Positions 25,701 through 39,100 of a DNA stretch of 64,000 nucleotides are shown piece by piece (the first letter of the stretch is position 1; every line of letters starts with the position of its first letter). The position numbers and the translations under genes were made by a program. A model generated the notes under the pieces. It saw only the letters and a program-made list of their open reading frames with translations. It searched no databases and was not told the DNA's origin. Origin of the DNA: Octopus vulgaris (lineage: Eukaryota); NCBI GenBank assembly GCA_951406725.2, contig OX597829.1, forward strand, positions 54,932,001 through 54,996,000, read 5' to 3'.

Positions 25701-28365
25701 CAACATATTCTGACAGGAAATTCTCATCTTAAGAATTAATAAGGCAGTTATTCAAAGAAACCATTTCACACTCAAGACTAGGTCTTTTGTTGAATAGGAA
25801 CTATGTGTATAAAACACATATTTTAGCAGACAATGCCATCCATTCTAGTACATGATATCATGTTTGTTTTGTGGGTTCTTACTGATTGCAATAGCATTTG
25901 TCTTGTAATATTTAACTTCCAGGAAAGGTGGTGAGTTGGTAGAAATGATAGCATGCTGGGTGAAATCCTTAGCTGTATTTTGTCAGTCTTTACATTCTGA
26001 GTTCAAATTCCACTGAAGTCGACTTTGCCTTTCATCCTTTCGGGGTCAATAATTTAAGTACCAGTTGCATACTGGGATTGATCTAATTGACTGGCCCCCT
26101 CCCCCAAAATTTCCGGCCTTGTGCCTAGAGTAGAAAAGAATATTTAACTTCCAGGAAGTTATATTTTATTCTGAATATGGCAACACTGGGTTTTGGAAAG
26201 GAAAATATTCATTCATTCCACACTTAGCACTTCTGAGAACTCGGATGTGTGTACACATCAATGAATCTGGATAAACTGAGTAAAGAAGGCAATAAAAGTT
26301 CAAATATCAGTGAAAGTAAATGGTTGCAAACAAAACATTATCACACTAAGTGTGAGCATGTTTGTTAGAAGAGGAGAACTATGGGCAAGAAAGTGAAGAC
26401 AAAAATGTTTTTTGGGAAATGTCAAAAGAAACTTGTTCGTTTGTCAAATATTAATAAACTATAAAGTAAATTAAAATCTCAGAAAATATGGCTCAAATAA
26501 GAAATTATACAAAATAAGGATACAACTGTAAGTGAAATACGTTGTTTGCACAAGAAAATCAGTGGAAAGGAAGTAAAACAGGATTTCCAAAAGAAACTAT
26601 TTTTTGAAAACAATACCAAAACTGTCTAGATGTGCATCATCATCATCATCATCATCATCATCGTTTAACGTCCGTTCTCCATGCTAGCATGGGTTGGACG
26701 GTTCAACCGGGGATCTGGGAAGCCAGAAGGCTGCACCAGGCTCCGGTCTTATCTGGCAACGTTTCTACAGCTGGATGCCCTTCCTAATGCCAACCACTCC
26801 GTGAGTGTAGTGGGTGCTTTTTACGTGCCACCTGCACTGTAAAGTAAATTTATGTTAAAAGAAAAGAATTATGTATTGCTATGAAATTATACTAATGCCT
26901 TGATTCAGCAGCCATACTTTCAACTGTGTATCAAAAAAAAGCTTCAGTCACTGTTTAAAATATAAAATACAAAACTGAGTATTTTACAATGCTTGTCATC
27001 TAGTTAAGATCAGTGTTTCTCGACCATTGTGTTTTCTACGGGTCCCATTGGTTCCTATTTTACTAAGATGAACCCTTCCAGCTATTTGATGTTTAAAAAA
27101 ATCCCATCATATTTTTACAATCAAATATTATTAGAAATTGTATTAAAAAAAAAAACTGTTAAAAATATTTTGTGAATTGTAGAAGTAAAACCAAATCTTA
27201 AAAAAACCAAATCTTATATGGACCCCCTGCCTGCCAAGGGCCATATGGACCCTGGTTGAGAAGCACTGAGTTATATTCAGTAACGATATTACTAGGTGTT
27301 CCACCAGTAAGTGCTCTGATGCCAGCATGGAAGGTAGACATTAAACGATGACAATGATGTCCAAATACCGTTGTTCCATCATCAGCACAAATCAGAAATT
27401 AAAAGAGAACTTATGCACGCACGCACACGCACAGTTTACTCATAGGATTTCTAAAATTAACCAAATCCAGAATGTATAGATTTTTTTTCTAAAAATGTTC
27501 TGAATGATGTAGTATATAATCAAAAAGTGTAATTATTTGCAATAATATTGAGAACAAATTAAGAAAAGAGAACCAATTTACCTTAAAAGAGGGCATTCTA
27601 GGCATCACACCTCGGATTCCAAGGAATCCACCACCGTGAGTACCATTGTAATGTCCTTCAAATCCTCCATCTTGTCGCCAGGGATGTTGTGTTTCAAATA
27701 AAGATGCTAATGCTGAATTAACTTCATTCTTTGAAGAAACTTGATTAGCTGTCTGTGGTAAATTATTTGGTTTTGTGTTTTTAACAGGAGAATCTTTAAT
27801 TAAAGGTACCTTCTCATTTTGGTTATTTTCTTTCTGAAACTAAAATATACCAGAAAAATAAGTGGGGATCTTATTCTAATCAAATACTCTGAATAAAAAA
27901 ATACAAAAGTGAAACCAGAACAAATCCTGGTCAAATCTGGAAGAGAATATTTTTAAAATAAGGCAAAAGACATTAGATAAGGTAAGAAATATGTTGTAAT
28001 TCTAGCCATTTAACATTTAAACTGGCCCAAATACTCTATTTCATGTTCAAATTGACCAGATCTATCCCCTTACGCCTACCCTACAATGTCATTCTAAAAA
28101 AAAACAACCACATCATCAAAATCTCGGAGTTATGATATGATTCATGATTAATTAAAAACAATGTGAATAAATAAGCATTACATTTGACAGAGTAATCTGA
28201 ATGTTGCAGGGTCAAGTTTAACTGAAGACAAAACATTACCTGCCAACTAACAATTTTATAAGCGTTTTCACAGAAGATTGGAAAAAAAATATGATGCCAC
28301 TTGTATCACAGTGACATTCATTTACAACAATCACATGACGTCAAGATAAGGAGACACCAACTGAT

Positions 28366-28402
<37 letters not shown>

Positions 28403-31400
28403 TACATGCACAAATTTAAAATTGAATATTAATTTGATTAATATCAATTTAAAACCAGTGGTCTAGCACATAGAAAAATCTGAAGATTCAGAAAAATTAT
28501 ATAACATACATTTAAATTAATATTCAATTTTTCACCCATAATATTTTAAATTTAAATAACCATGTTCTCTAAATGGCAAAACTCGCTGCAGAGAATTATT
28601 TTCTGCAGAATTATTTCCAGTATTCTGGCGTGCCAAAATGAAGACTTTTGAAATATAATCCCAAATGTAAAAGGTAGAACTATATACATGTTCAATCTCA
28701 TGCGGACGTCTTGTGTATACTTCTGCAAAAGATATTTTGCTTTGATGATTACACTGACAAGTTGCGGACATCTACGTAATTAATTACACAAGTGGTAACA
28801 ACGAAACCGGGTTTGTGGTTAATCTGTATATTTTGTATCTTTTCATGTCTTGCTCGCTGGTGTTTGCTAAATTTTCTTGAGAACATTCCTTTCTTAGTGG
28901 CAAGACCATAGGGGGTCGACTTCTAGCATAATGGATGTCCACTTAGTGGTCATCCATCTTATATATATGTTATATATGTATATATATATATGTGTGTGTG
29001 TGTATACATACATATATATATATATAGATATATATAGATATGTGTGGAAGCGCAATGGCCCAGTGGTTAGGGCAGCAGATTCGTGGTCATAGGATCGCGG
29101 TTTCAATTCCCAGACCGGGCGTTGTGTGTGTTTATTGAGCAAAAACACCTAAAAAGCTCCACGAGGCTCCGGCAGGGGGTGGTGATCCCTGCTGTACTCT
29201 TTCTCCCACTCTTTCTTCTGTTGGCCTGCTCGCTTAGCCGGCGGGGTGGCGTCATTCGAAGGCTAAAACAGTGCAAACGCATTGTGACCAGCGATGTGTA
29301 GCAACATCTGATGGTCTGGTGATCACGTGATTGATATATATATATATATATATATATGATGAGCTTCTTTCAAGTTTTGTCTACCAAAATCTACTGACAA
29401 AGCTTTAGTGAGCGCAGACCAGTGCCATAGAAGACACTCGCCCAAGGTGCTGTGCATTGGGACTGAACCTGAGTCCACATGGTTAGGAAGTAAGATTTTT
29501 AACCACAAAGTTACACATGCGTCTATAATATCAAAAAGAAAAAGAAAATTTTTTTTTTAAAATGGAAGTTCTTTCTTTTCTCAATTCCTGCCAGCATTTT
29601 GCACAATTTATAAATTTAGTGATTAAACCATTTTGTATAACAGTTTGTATGCTTAATGATCTGTTATAGCTTATTACAACTTTGTGTGAACCCACATTTA
29701 TTATTATTAACAATATTACTTGCATTAGCAGAAGTACTTCAATAAGCAAAAATATAGCTGTCATCTTCCTCCTTGCATCCAACAGTTCATATTGAACCAA
29801 TCAATTCATTTCTATCCAATAGAAATACTGTTCTTGCATTTAACATATAAAGCATGACGGGCCATGATTGTGGCCGTCAGGCAGAGGTCGACAGGCCATA
29901 ATTGTAGCCGTCAACAGGCCATGATCATGGCCCAGATAAATGCATTTAATTTATGGGCATTTGTTGGGGTCTAATGTCACTCAAATGCACCCCAAATCCA
30001 AGAGAACTAATAGTTCAACTAATGACTTTTCAGATGATCTAAAACTTGCCACCATTATATACTAAGAAGATATTTTAACTATTTTGTATGTGTGCATGGT
30101 AGTATCATCTTCATAAAATGTGCTCAGCAGCTCATGCTGTGTAAGAGCAAATCCCAGAGCTTTAGGGGTTAATGCCAAAACCTCACTATTATGCAGCAGC
30201 ATCTTTATAAATACCACAAATACAAATTATTTTTTCCCTTTATTTTTTACACTCTTCAGAAAAAGGACGGAAAAGAGTATAGATCTTAAAAGAAGTTCTA
30301 AGTCTTAAAGAGAAAAAGATTGACCCCTTTGTAGGAAACACTGGCCATTCCTTGAACTTCCTTGAACTACATACAGTATCTACATTACAACCACAAACTG
30401 AGTGAAATTCTTTCACATTACACGTCTTTAAAAAAAAGTATAGGCACATTAGACAATAGGTCACAGGCAAACAAAGGATAGGATGCCCTGTATCGAATGC
30501 CTTTGCTTACAGGTCTACTCAAACAGGGTTAACCTTGGGCTAAACAACAAAAACAACGCTACAATCATGAACTAATTATACCCTACTGTTTTGAGATTTG
30601 GGATAAGTTGTCCTGGGTAAATGTTTGGGAGGAATTTAGGAAGGTCAAAGGTCAGAGCTGAAATGCTTTTCCCGCTAGGTTTGCTCAAACAGGGCACTAC
30701 AATTCTCAACTTAAAATATGAGACACAAGATAGAAACTTTAGTGAATGTTGAACAACTTCATGAGGATAAAATTTAATTCAGGGTCATGCCTTCTAAATG
30801 TAACAGTTTAAATGATAACTAGACCGGTCAAACGGATTTTGATAAAAGTTGGCAGTTAAGACTTTTAAGATGAAACCAAAGAAGCTGTTGAAGTGTAGTT
30901 CACATGATGCATCAAAATGGAAATGAAAAGGAAAATAGTTATCAAATTAGGGAGCTCTTGGAAAACTCTGATACCAAGTTACCATTTCCTATTACTTGTG
31001 AAAAATTTGTTTAAAATGTTAAAATGTGAATATTACAAACAATGGTTGATATTTATTTTCTTTTATTCTTTCATTTGTTTCAGTCATTTGACTGTGGCCA
31101 TGCTGGAGCACTGCCTTTTAGTCGAGCAAATCAACCCTAGGACTTATTCTTTGTAAGCCTAGTACTTATTCTATCGGCTCCTTTTGCCAAACTGCTAAGT
31201 TTCAGGGATGTAAACACACCAGCATCGGTTGTCAAGCAATGTTGGAGGGACAAACACAGATGCACAAACATACAGACACACACACACACATGTACAACAT
31301 GCTTCTTTCAGTTTCCCTCTACCAAATACACTCACAAGGCTTTGGTTAGCCCAAGGCTATAGTAGAAGACACAGTGGGACTGAACCCAGAACCATGTGGT

Positions 31401-33157
31401 TGGTAAGCAAGCTACTTACCACACAGCCACTCCTGATATTCAAAATAAGAATAATTATTTAATTAGGATCTTAAAAAGAAAGAAATATTACCATTATTAA
31501 TGCAAAATAAATGAAAGGAAAAGTTGTAATGCTAGAACATACCTTGCTCTTTTGCTCTTCTGCATCCCACCATTTTTCAAAGGATTTGAAAGCAGAATTT
31601 TCAACCATTTTTTTGCAAAGATCTTTCTGCATAACTTCTTTTAGCTGTCGTACGAAACTGTCCAAGACAAAAAGGAAAGTTTTATCATTAGGATCTTTTT
31701 CTTCATCTGATTGTGTTTCTTCATTGGTAGTTCCACTTCCTTTGGTGCTTGTACCATTCTGTAATGTTGTAGAATCACCAAGACTCTGGTTTAGGAAGTT
31801 TACAGGCACAACACTATTTTGGATGTGGGCAGTATAGCTTTGATTGTAATTACTGCCAGTGGATTCAGAGCGGCTTGGAGTGTTTAGGTAATTACCAAAT
31901 GAATAAGAATTTGCAAAACTCCATGGTGCTATACTTGGAGGTGGACGTGAAAAGTCAGTTATGAGTGGAACAGGTGGAGCAGCACCTGATGTCTGTGTGC
32001 TAGGTATTGATTGAAAGTTATTGGCAGTAAATTTACCATCATTATTTGGTATTTGAACATTTACTTCTAATTTTTCATCTCCACTACTAATTGATGATAA
32101 ACTCATGCGATCATCATCATCATCATCATTCTCATCCCCTTCGTCATCCTCTTCCTCCACCTCTTCTTTTTCTTCTTTTGCATTATTATTCTCAATGTCC
32201 ATATGTGTGTCTTCAATATTACTTTTAACATTTGGAACACAGCTGTCTTCAACCAAAACTTTTGTATGAAAGGGTGATTCAGCACTAGAAAATGTTTTTG
32301 ATTGATTAATATTACTAAAATCAGTTGACACAGCAATTTCAGGTTCAAATAACTTATCCCCAACTTCGGATATATATCGTGCTGTGACGTTATTTGAAGG
32401 AATACTACTAGAACTAGTACTGTCTGCAGGGGCCACTTTATCAATTTTTTGTTGTTCATAATTAGTCAAAGACAAAGAGGTAAAGCAATTATTTTTAGTT
32501 TCAAATCGTTTGTTCTTGTTAGACATCTCTTTGGAGAATTCGGTCCATTCAGATGTATCAGTTTTGGAAGTTACAGAATGCTTGCTCTCCTCTTCAGATG
32601 GTAATTTAGGAACTTGTTTTGTATGGCTGTTGTTATTTACAGTATTATTACGTGAGGGGACAGAATGCTGCTGATTAGAACAGTATCGTGAATCAATACT
32701 GGGGGGTGTACTTGCTTCATCTCTCGATAGTGGCGTAGATGGAGGACTGGAATGGTCTTTAGATCGACTTGAATCTGTTGGGCTGCCTAAACCCCCAAGT
32801 CCGAAGATACTTAGTAAACGTGAATCTAAACTTTGATTACGTGGTTCCTCAGCTTCTGGTGTTTTGGGACGATTCCGATGGTCTTTCTCTCGTTGCTTTT
32901 CTCGAATGTCTCTGTTTGAATCTGTCCAATCTTTAACACTTTCACGCTCAGACTCCCAGCGCTGTTGCGAGAAAGATGAACTTAATTTGTCTTTATACTC
33001 ATCTTTTCTCTCTGTATATGAATGAGATCGTGAGGAACTTTCTGTTTGTGACTGTGTTGCTTCGGATGACAAACAAGGATGCCCACTTTCATAATGTGTC
33101 TGTTGTGGCTGTGGTGGTTGTGGTGGTTGTGGTGGCTGTGGTGGCTGTGGTGGTGGT

Positions 33158-33189
<32 letters not shown>

Positions 33190-36100
33190 ACAATAGGGTG
33201 AAATTACTTGTCGATTTGAATTGGGTTGTGTATATTGCGTTGCACTGTATTGATATGGTTGCGCATGCTGTGATACATTGTAATGAATGTCATGTCCACG
33301 GTTAGATTGAACATGTGACGTTGAATACTGGTTGTAATTTGAATAGCTGCTGGATGTAAAACTAACTTCAGAATGATCTGAGAAGCTGAGTTCAGATTGT
33401 GGAACAGACCGCTGAAGACTGCTATAATCACTGTCTGTGAAAGAGCCAGTTTCAACAGATTTAGAGGATACATGATGACTAGAAGTGCTACCAAAATCAA
33501 ACTCCAAATCACCTGGATCATATGCTTCCATCCCATAGTCACTATATTTGGATTTACTCAGTGTGAAATTGCGAGAAGTGCTAGATCGATTACTTGAAGT
33601 TGTAGCAGCTGCATATAAACGGCTGTGTGATCGTGGATCTACTCTTTCTGAAGGTTGTGGACGTCTTGTACTTTTGGGTTTGTCAGCAAGTATTTCCTCA
33701 ATAATGCGATTTCTTTCTTTGCCTAAAAAATCATAAATTAAATTGTTAGCTTTATTATATGAAAAACATAAGATAATCATTCAACAAAAGATACATTCAA
33801 CAAAAAATTTTCACTTCTATTTAAAAAAAAATGTAAAAAATAGTTCTTCTGAATTTTACATTATTTTGCAAATTCCTATAATATTTTATGAAAATTAAAA
33901 TCTGTAATAATTCTGTAAAAAAAAAACATGACATCGTAATTTCGTAATCTACAAATGAAGAAATTGACTTACAGAAGAAGTGTTTTGTTTTAAATAAAAC
34001 AAATTACAAATATAGGGGAATTAGTTACAAATTTAAAAAGTATTCTCTGCTTTCTTCATTACTCTATCATTCTTCTTAACCCTTTAACATTTAAACTGGC
34101 GAAAATATTCTCCCTTCTTTATGTTCACACTGGTCAGATCTGGCCTCTCACACCTACCCTACAATGTCGTTCTAAAAATAAGCAATCACATCATTGAAAT
34201 CTTAATGCTACAATAAGCAAGCATTACATTTGACAGCGTAGTCTGAATATTAATGGGTTAAATTTGGTATAAGCTAAGAAGAACTCTTTATGAACTGATC
34301 TACGAACAAACCAATGACATCCATCCACCACTGGATACATCACAACCAATATCCTGCATCACACAAGTCCATGAAACTCTAGATATCTTTTTGTGCACAA
34401 AATAGTCGTTATACTATGCCATACATTCATAGGGTTGCTTTGTTGTGGCCATGATGCCCGTCAACTGGTCATATTACATTTATATATTTTCCCTATACAT
34501 CATCCATTATCACTTCTACATCAGTTTTCTCTCTTTCTCCTATTATCCGTTGATAGATTTGCAATGCAGCAGTAAATGTTGCAACCTCTAAAAGTCACAG
34601 CATCAGCATAGTTGACAGAAAAATTCTTATTTCAGGTTTGGGCTGGAATTTTATGATTGGATAGCATTCTTGTTGGCAACTCCCTTGCAAAACAGTTTGG
34701 TTTTGTATTACATGACAATTGTATAAGTGCTCTTTTGTACATTTATCAATTTGGCAATAGGAAGGGCGACCAACCATAGAAACCATGCCAAAAGACAAAT
34801 GGTAAAAGGACAGCTCTCCAACTCAAACTGTCCAACCCATACCAGCATGAGAATATGTATAGATCTGTGCAAACTTGTGAACTGAACTTTTTTTTTTTTA
34901 TATAGACACATACAAAACAAAAGCTATATAAATTAATAAATCATTGGTTTGGAGGTTACAAATTTTTGTCTTACCCATTATATCTATAATCACAGTTATT
35001 ATGTTGCCCATCTTCGATGTTTGATTTAGTTTATCAACACAGGCTTTAGCACACTTGGAAGATGAAAAAAGTACCTAAAATACAAAACAATCACATCAAT
35101 ATTTTGAAATAAAATATGTCAAAAGTTATATTATCTTTAAATGTATATACTGTTAGAAAATTTTGTGTATTTATAGAAAACATTCAAAAACAGCATGAAT
35201 ATTTTAAGATTGCATGCAAATAATGATACCCACCAGACTCACTGTTTATACATTTTTATATGTTCACTATAAAGATTTTAAAAAAATATGGAGAGAGCGA
35301 GTGTGTGTGTTTTCCTAAAATGTTCTAAGTAAATAAAATCATTTGGGCACTACTGTCAAAGTCAAATAATAGAAAAATGCCATGAGAAACAACAGTTATA
35401 AATAAGTCCAATGGGATAAGTAAGTACAAGACTTAAGAATCAAGATAAGAAGGTGACAAAACATGGATTTTACCACTTGTCACAGTCATTTGTCATCTCT
35501 CTTGTGAGGCCCAACCTCACCACACTCCATGACTTCTTTTGGTTCCTCACTCCACAGATACCATTTATCCAAAATACCTTGCACATGTTCAGAAAGCTGA
35601 CATCCTCCATACGTATTACCTGTAACACTAATGCAGCCTTCTCTCTTATAAATTTTCAAAGCCTTCTTATAGCCCGTTTCACTCTCATCTCATTTGTGCC
35701 CCACCATTCACGCACACGTTATAAATCCATTGTAGCAAGCTTGCTCCATTGTTTTTTCCTGACCTCTCAATTCTTCTGTATGCAAAGCTCCACAACTGAC
35801 GGTCAAGCAGCATTGCACTTCATAAACAATTATCATAAAATCTCTCCTTCATTTTTAGAGAGAACCACTTTGTTGTTAACAGAGGTAAAAGCTATCTGAA
35901 CTTTTCCAACAGTATTTTTTAGTTTGGCAACTGTGCCTTTGGAGCACCCACTTCCAATGTTAATTAGGCTACCCAGGTAACAAAAGCCATCAACTCCATC
36001 ATCAAGGAAGTTTTCTGCATCTATTTTTTGAGTACTCTAACTAATCCTGTACACTAGCCACACACAAAGACTGCCAGTGACTTCATCACATCATTTGCGC

Positions 36101-39100
36101 AACCATAATTTACATTGGATACACCACATGGAATTCTTACCTACAGATTTGCAACTTATTCGGAATGGCTATTTCACTACTGGTAGTCTTCTTCCCTGTT
36201 ATTTGAAATTTTAGATTTTGTAAGATTACCTTTGAGGCATCTTGATTCCAGGTTTTACTTCTGATGTATACTGACACTCCATCAATTACAATGATTAGTG
36301 TTTCAGTTGATCTAATTAACGGAACAGCTTGCTTGTGAAATTAATGTGCAAGTGGCCGAGCACTCCACAGACACAAATATCCTGTGGTTATACAATACTT
36401 ATGCACAAAGTGCAGTGTTGCATGGCTTTAAAGTAGATTTGTGAAGATAAGACAGAAATGAAGTGAACATACATCACTGAATGAACAATAATAATATGTA
36501 TAAACATATTGAGCTGAGAGAAAAATTTGGAAATAAGATGACTCAGATGTAGCATGCAACTAAAGAAATTAAGCTTGTATAGGTATGAGATGCCATGTAA
36601 AAAGCACCTGCACTGGTGCCACATAGAAAACATGTGCTGGTACCATAAAAAAAGCATCTGTTACACTCTGCAAAGTGGTTGATATTGGGAAGGGCATCTA
36701 GCCATAGAAACCATGCCAAAACAGATAACTGGTGCAACCCTTCAGCTTGCCAACTCCTTGTCAAACCATCCAACCCATGCCAGCATGGAAAACAGATACC
36801 TGATGATGATACACACATTTTAAAACAAATTACTCATTTCTCTGAGACATGAGGCATGCCTCTGGAAACCAGCAAACCTCACACAACATTAACTGGAACT
36901 TGTCAGTTGCCACAAACAATAGGACTGACCCTACCCTACCCAACACACACACACAGAGAACTTTTAGAAAACCAAACAAGCAAGTGTAAAGCAACAACCA
37001 ATTTTTAAATCATCATCATCATTATTATTATTATTATCTAAGATTCATACTTTTCCAATTCCCATGTGTTTTTTGGTCTTTGGATGGTGATATATCTTAA
37101 TTTCTTCTATACTTCCAAAATGCTGACACATGTTTTCTAGAAATTTAAAATCGATGTTGTCATTCAGATTTGTAAATGTCACTTCATTAGGAGGTGGTAT
37201 TCCAATATAGTGCTGATCATACTGCAAATAAAAAAATATCAAACAAATACAGTTATTATATTGTGAATCACAGACAGCTGTTTCATAAAATTGTTTCCAC
37301 ATTTGACACAAAGTTACTTCTATATTGCATTATTAACAACAAAGTAAATTAATCCAAAAAGTAGTCATACATAGAGAAAGACATGAGGATTAGCTTGGTC
37401 TATCAAAGAAATGAAAATGACAGTGGAAACAGATACAAAAGCATCTCAGGTAAAAACAAAAAGTGTTCCAGCATCCTCAGAATGTGACAACAAGTATCAA
37501 ATGTGTAGCTTGCAGTTCAAGAATAGTTTTTGACAGAAGAGAAGAATGCATCAGTGACAGACCAGTTCCAACTTATATCTCCATTTAATGCAGAAGGTAA
37601 AAGTAGACAAATATAAGATCTTTAGCTCAGAAAAGACTGATTGCTACAGAAATCCATACAGAAAGCAAGTGGCTAAGGTTTTTGAAGTTGCTTTCAGAAG
37701 ACAATTGGTTTTGGAAATTTGTTGATCATATCAAAACCAAAGAAAAGGACTTCCATATTGTATGAATTGACTTGGGAAAAAATGCACAGATCCATTATGC
37801 TCGTACTTTTACCATCAGGAACTGGGTTTCATCCCATCACAAACTATGTGCAAAGACTTCTCATGAAATTACTCAATTTTGTATTTGTTTCATCAGTAGA
37901 AAGTTCATATTGACAGGTGTTAACTCTGGTATCAACATTTATCTCGAACACTTAACACACTCATTCATCTCAATCTATATCGTCTCTGTTGTCCATTATC
38001 AGTATCCCTATAAAAGCCAATTTGAGGGCCATCCACACTCCATCTCTCAGGAGACAACATACAACCGAGTCAGAGATTTATGTAAGGTCTGTCGCAATGA
38101 GTTGCAACCACCAAAATAAGCCAAATATGAAATCAGTTGTCACCGTGGACAATATGAAAAGCCAAATGAAATAAACCAGTTCCCATAAGCATTTGTCCAA
38201 AATGGATTTTCAACCTGGCAGTAGATGAGAACAACATTAGACGTAAAAAGACAGCAGCGGTTGGACAGGATTGATAGAATTATATGCACGTAAACATTTT
38301 GTGTTGGCCCTTTGACAGGTAATCTTTCACACGACAACAAAACTAGCTTTTGAAAGCGTGATGACTACAGAAAATGCAAATGGGACCCCACTGGACCCTT
38401 AGCCACAGGGAATAACCTGCAGCTTTTGGGCATTACATTTACCTGATGGACAATTTTATTTTCCTGACACCACAAGCTATAATTCCTGACCATCAATGAC
38501 ATATATTCAGTACCCAATTAACATTGCTAAATCAAGAACTTAAAATACATTGTAGGGGTGCCATAAAATCTCTTTTTTCATTCTGTGCTGATGATGCTCA
38601 CCAAGAACTAAATCATAAGATAATTCCTTGAAATCATCAAGATGGATGATATGACCAACACATCACTTACGATGATGACACTTCAAAAGGTGAGCTTCCA
38701 TACTGAGACAGCCAACCCTTTCCATCCCCTACTCTGTCACACATAAAAGATGTCCAACTGGTGTTTAGTATATTGCTTAGACATTTCCAATGAAATTTTG
38801 TAAGAATTTTAACACTTCATTGATCATTGATAAAACACAGTCTTAATCAAATATTGCAGAACTGTGACAATGCAAGCCTTAGAACTGCAAAGCTTGACAG
38901 AAAATCGAAGTCCCTGTCTGCCTAAATTATTACTCACAATTACCAATATAAGTGACCCCTTATCAATACTCAAAATGATCTCAGAATTCAGGGAACCATG
39001 CATTCCTTTTGGTTATGAAAATGATCAATGAAACATGAACAAGTGTACAAACTGAGATGAAAGAATATAAATCTAAAAACCTTAAATTTTGGAACTTCCA

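Noticed and set aside
29043-29120. Possible tRNA gene (also at 15542-15612 and 56580-56653)
   Set aside because: A and B boxes are present, but I could not form a proper cloverleaf or acceptor stem; each continues into a repeat body
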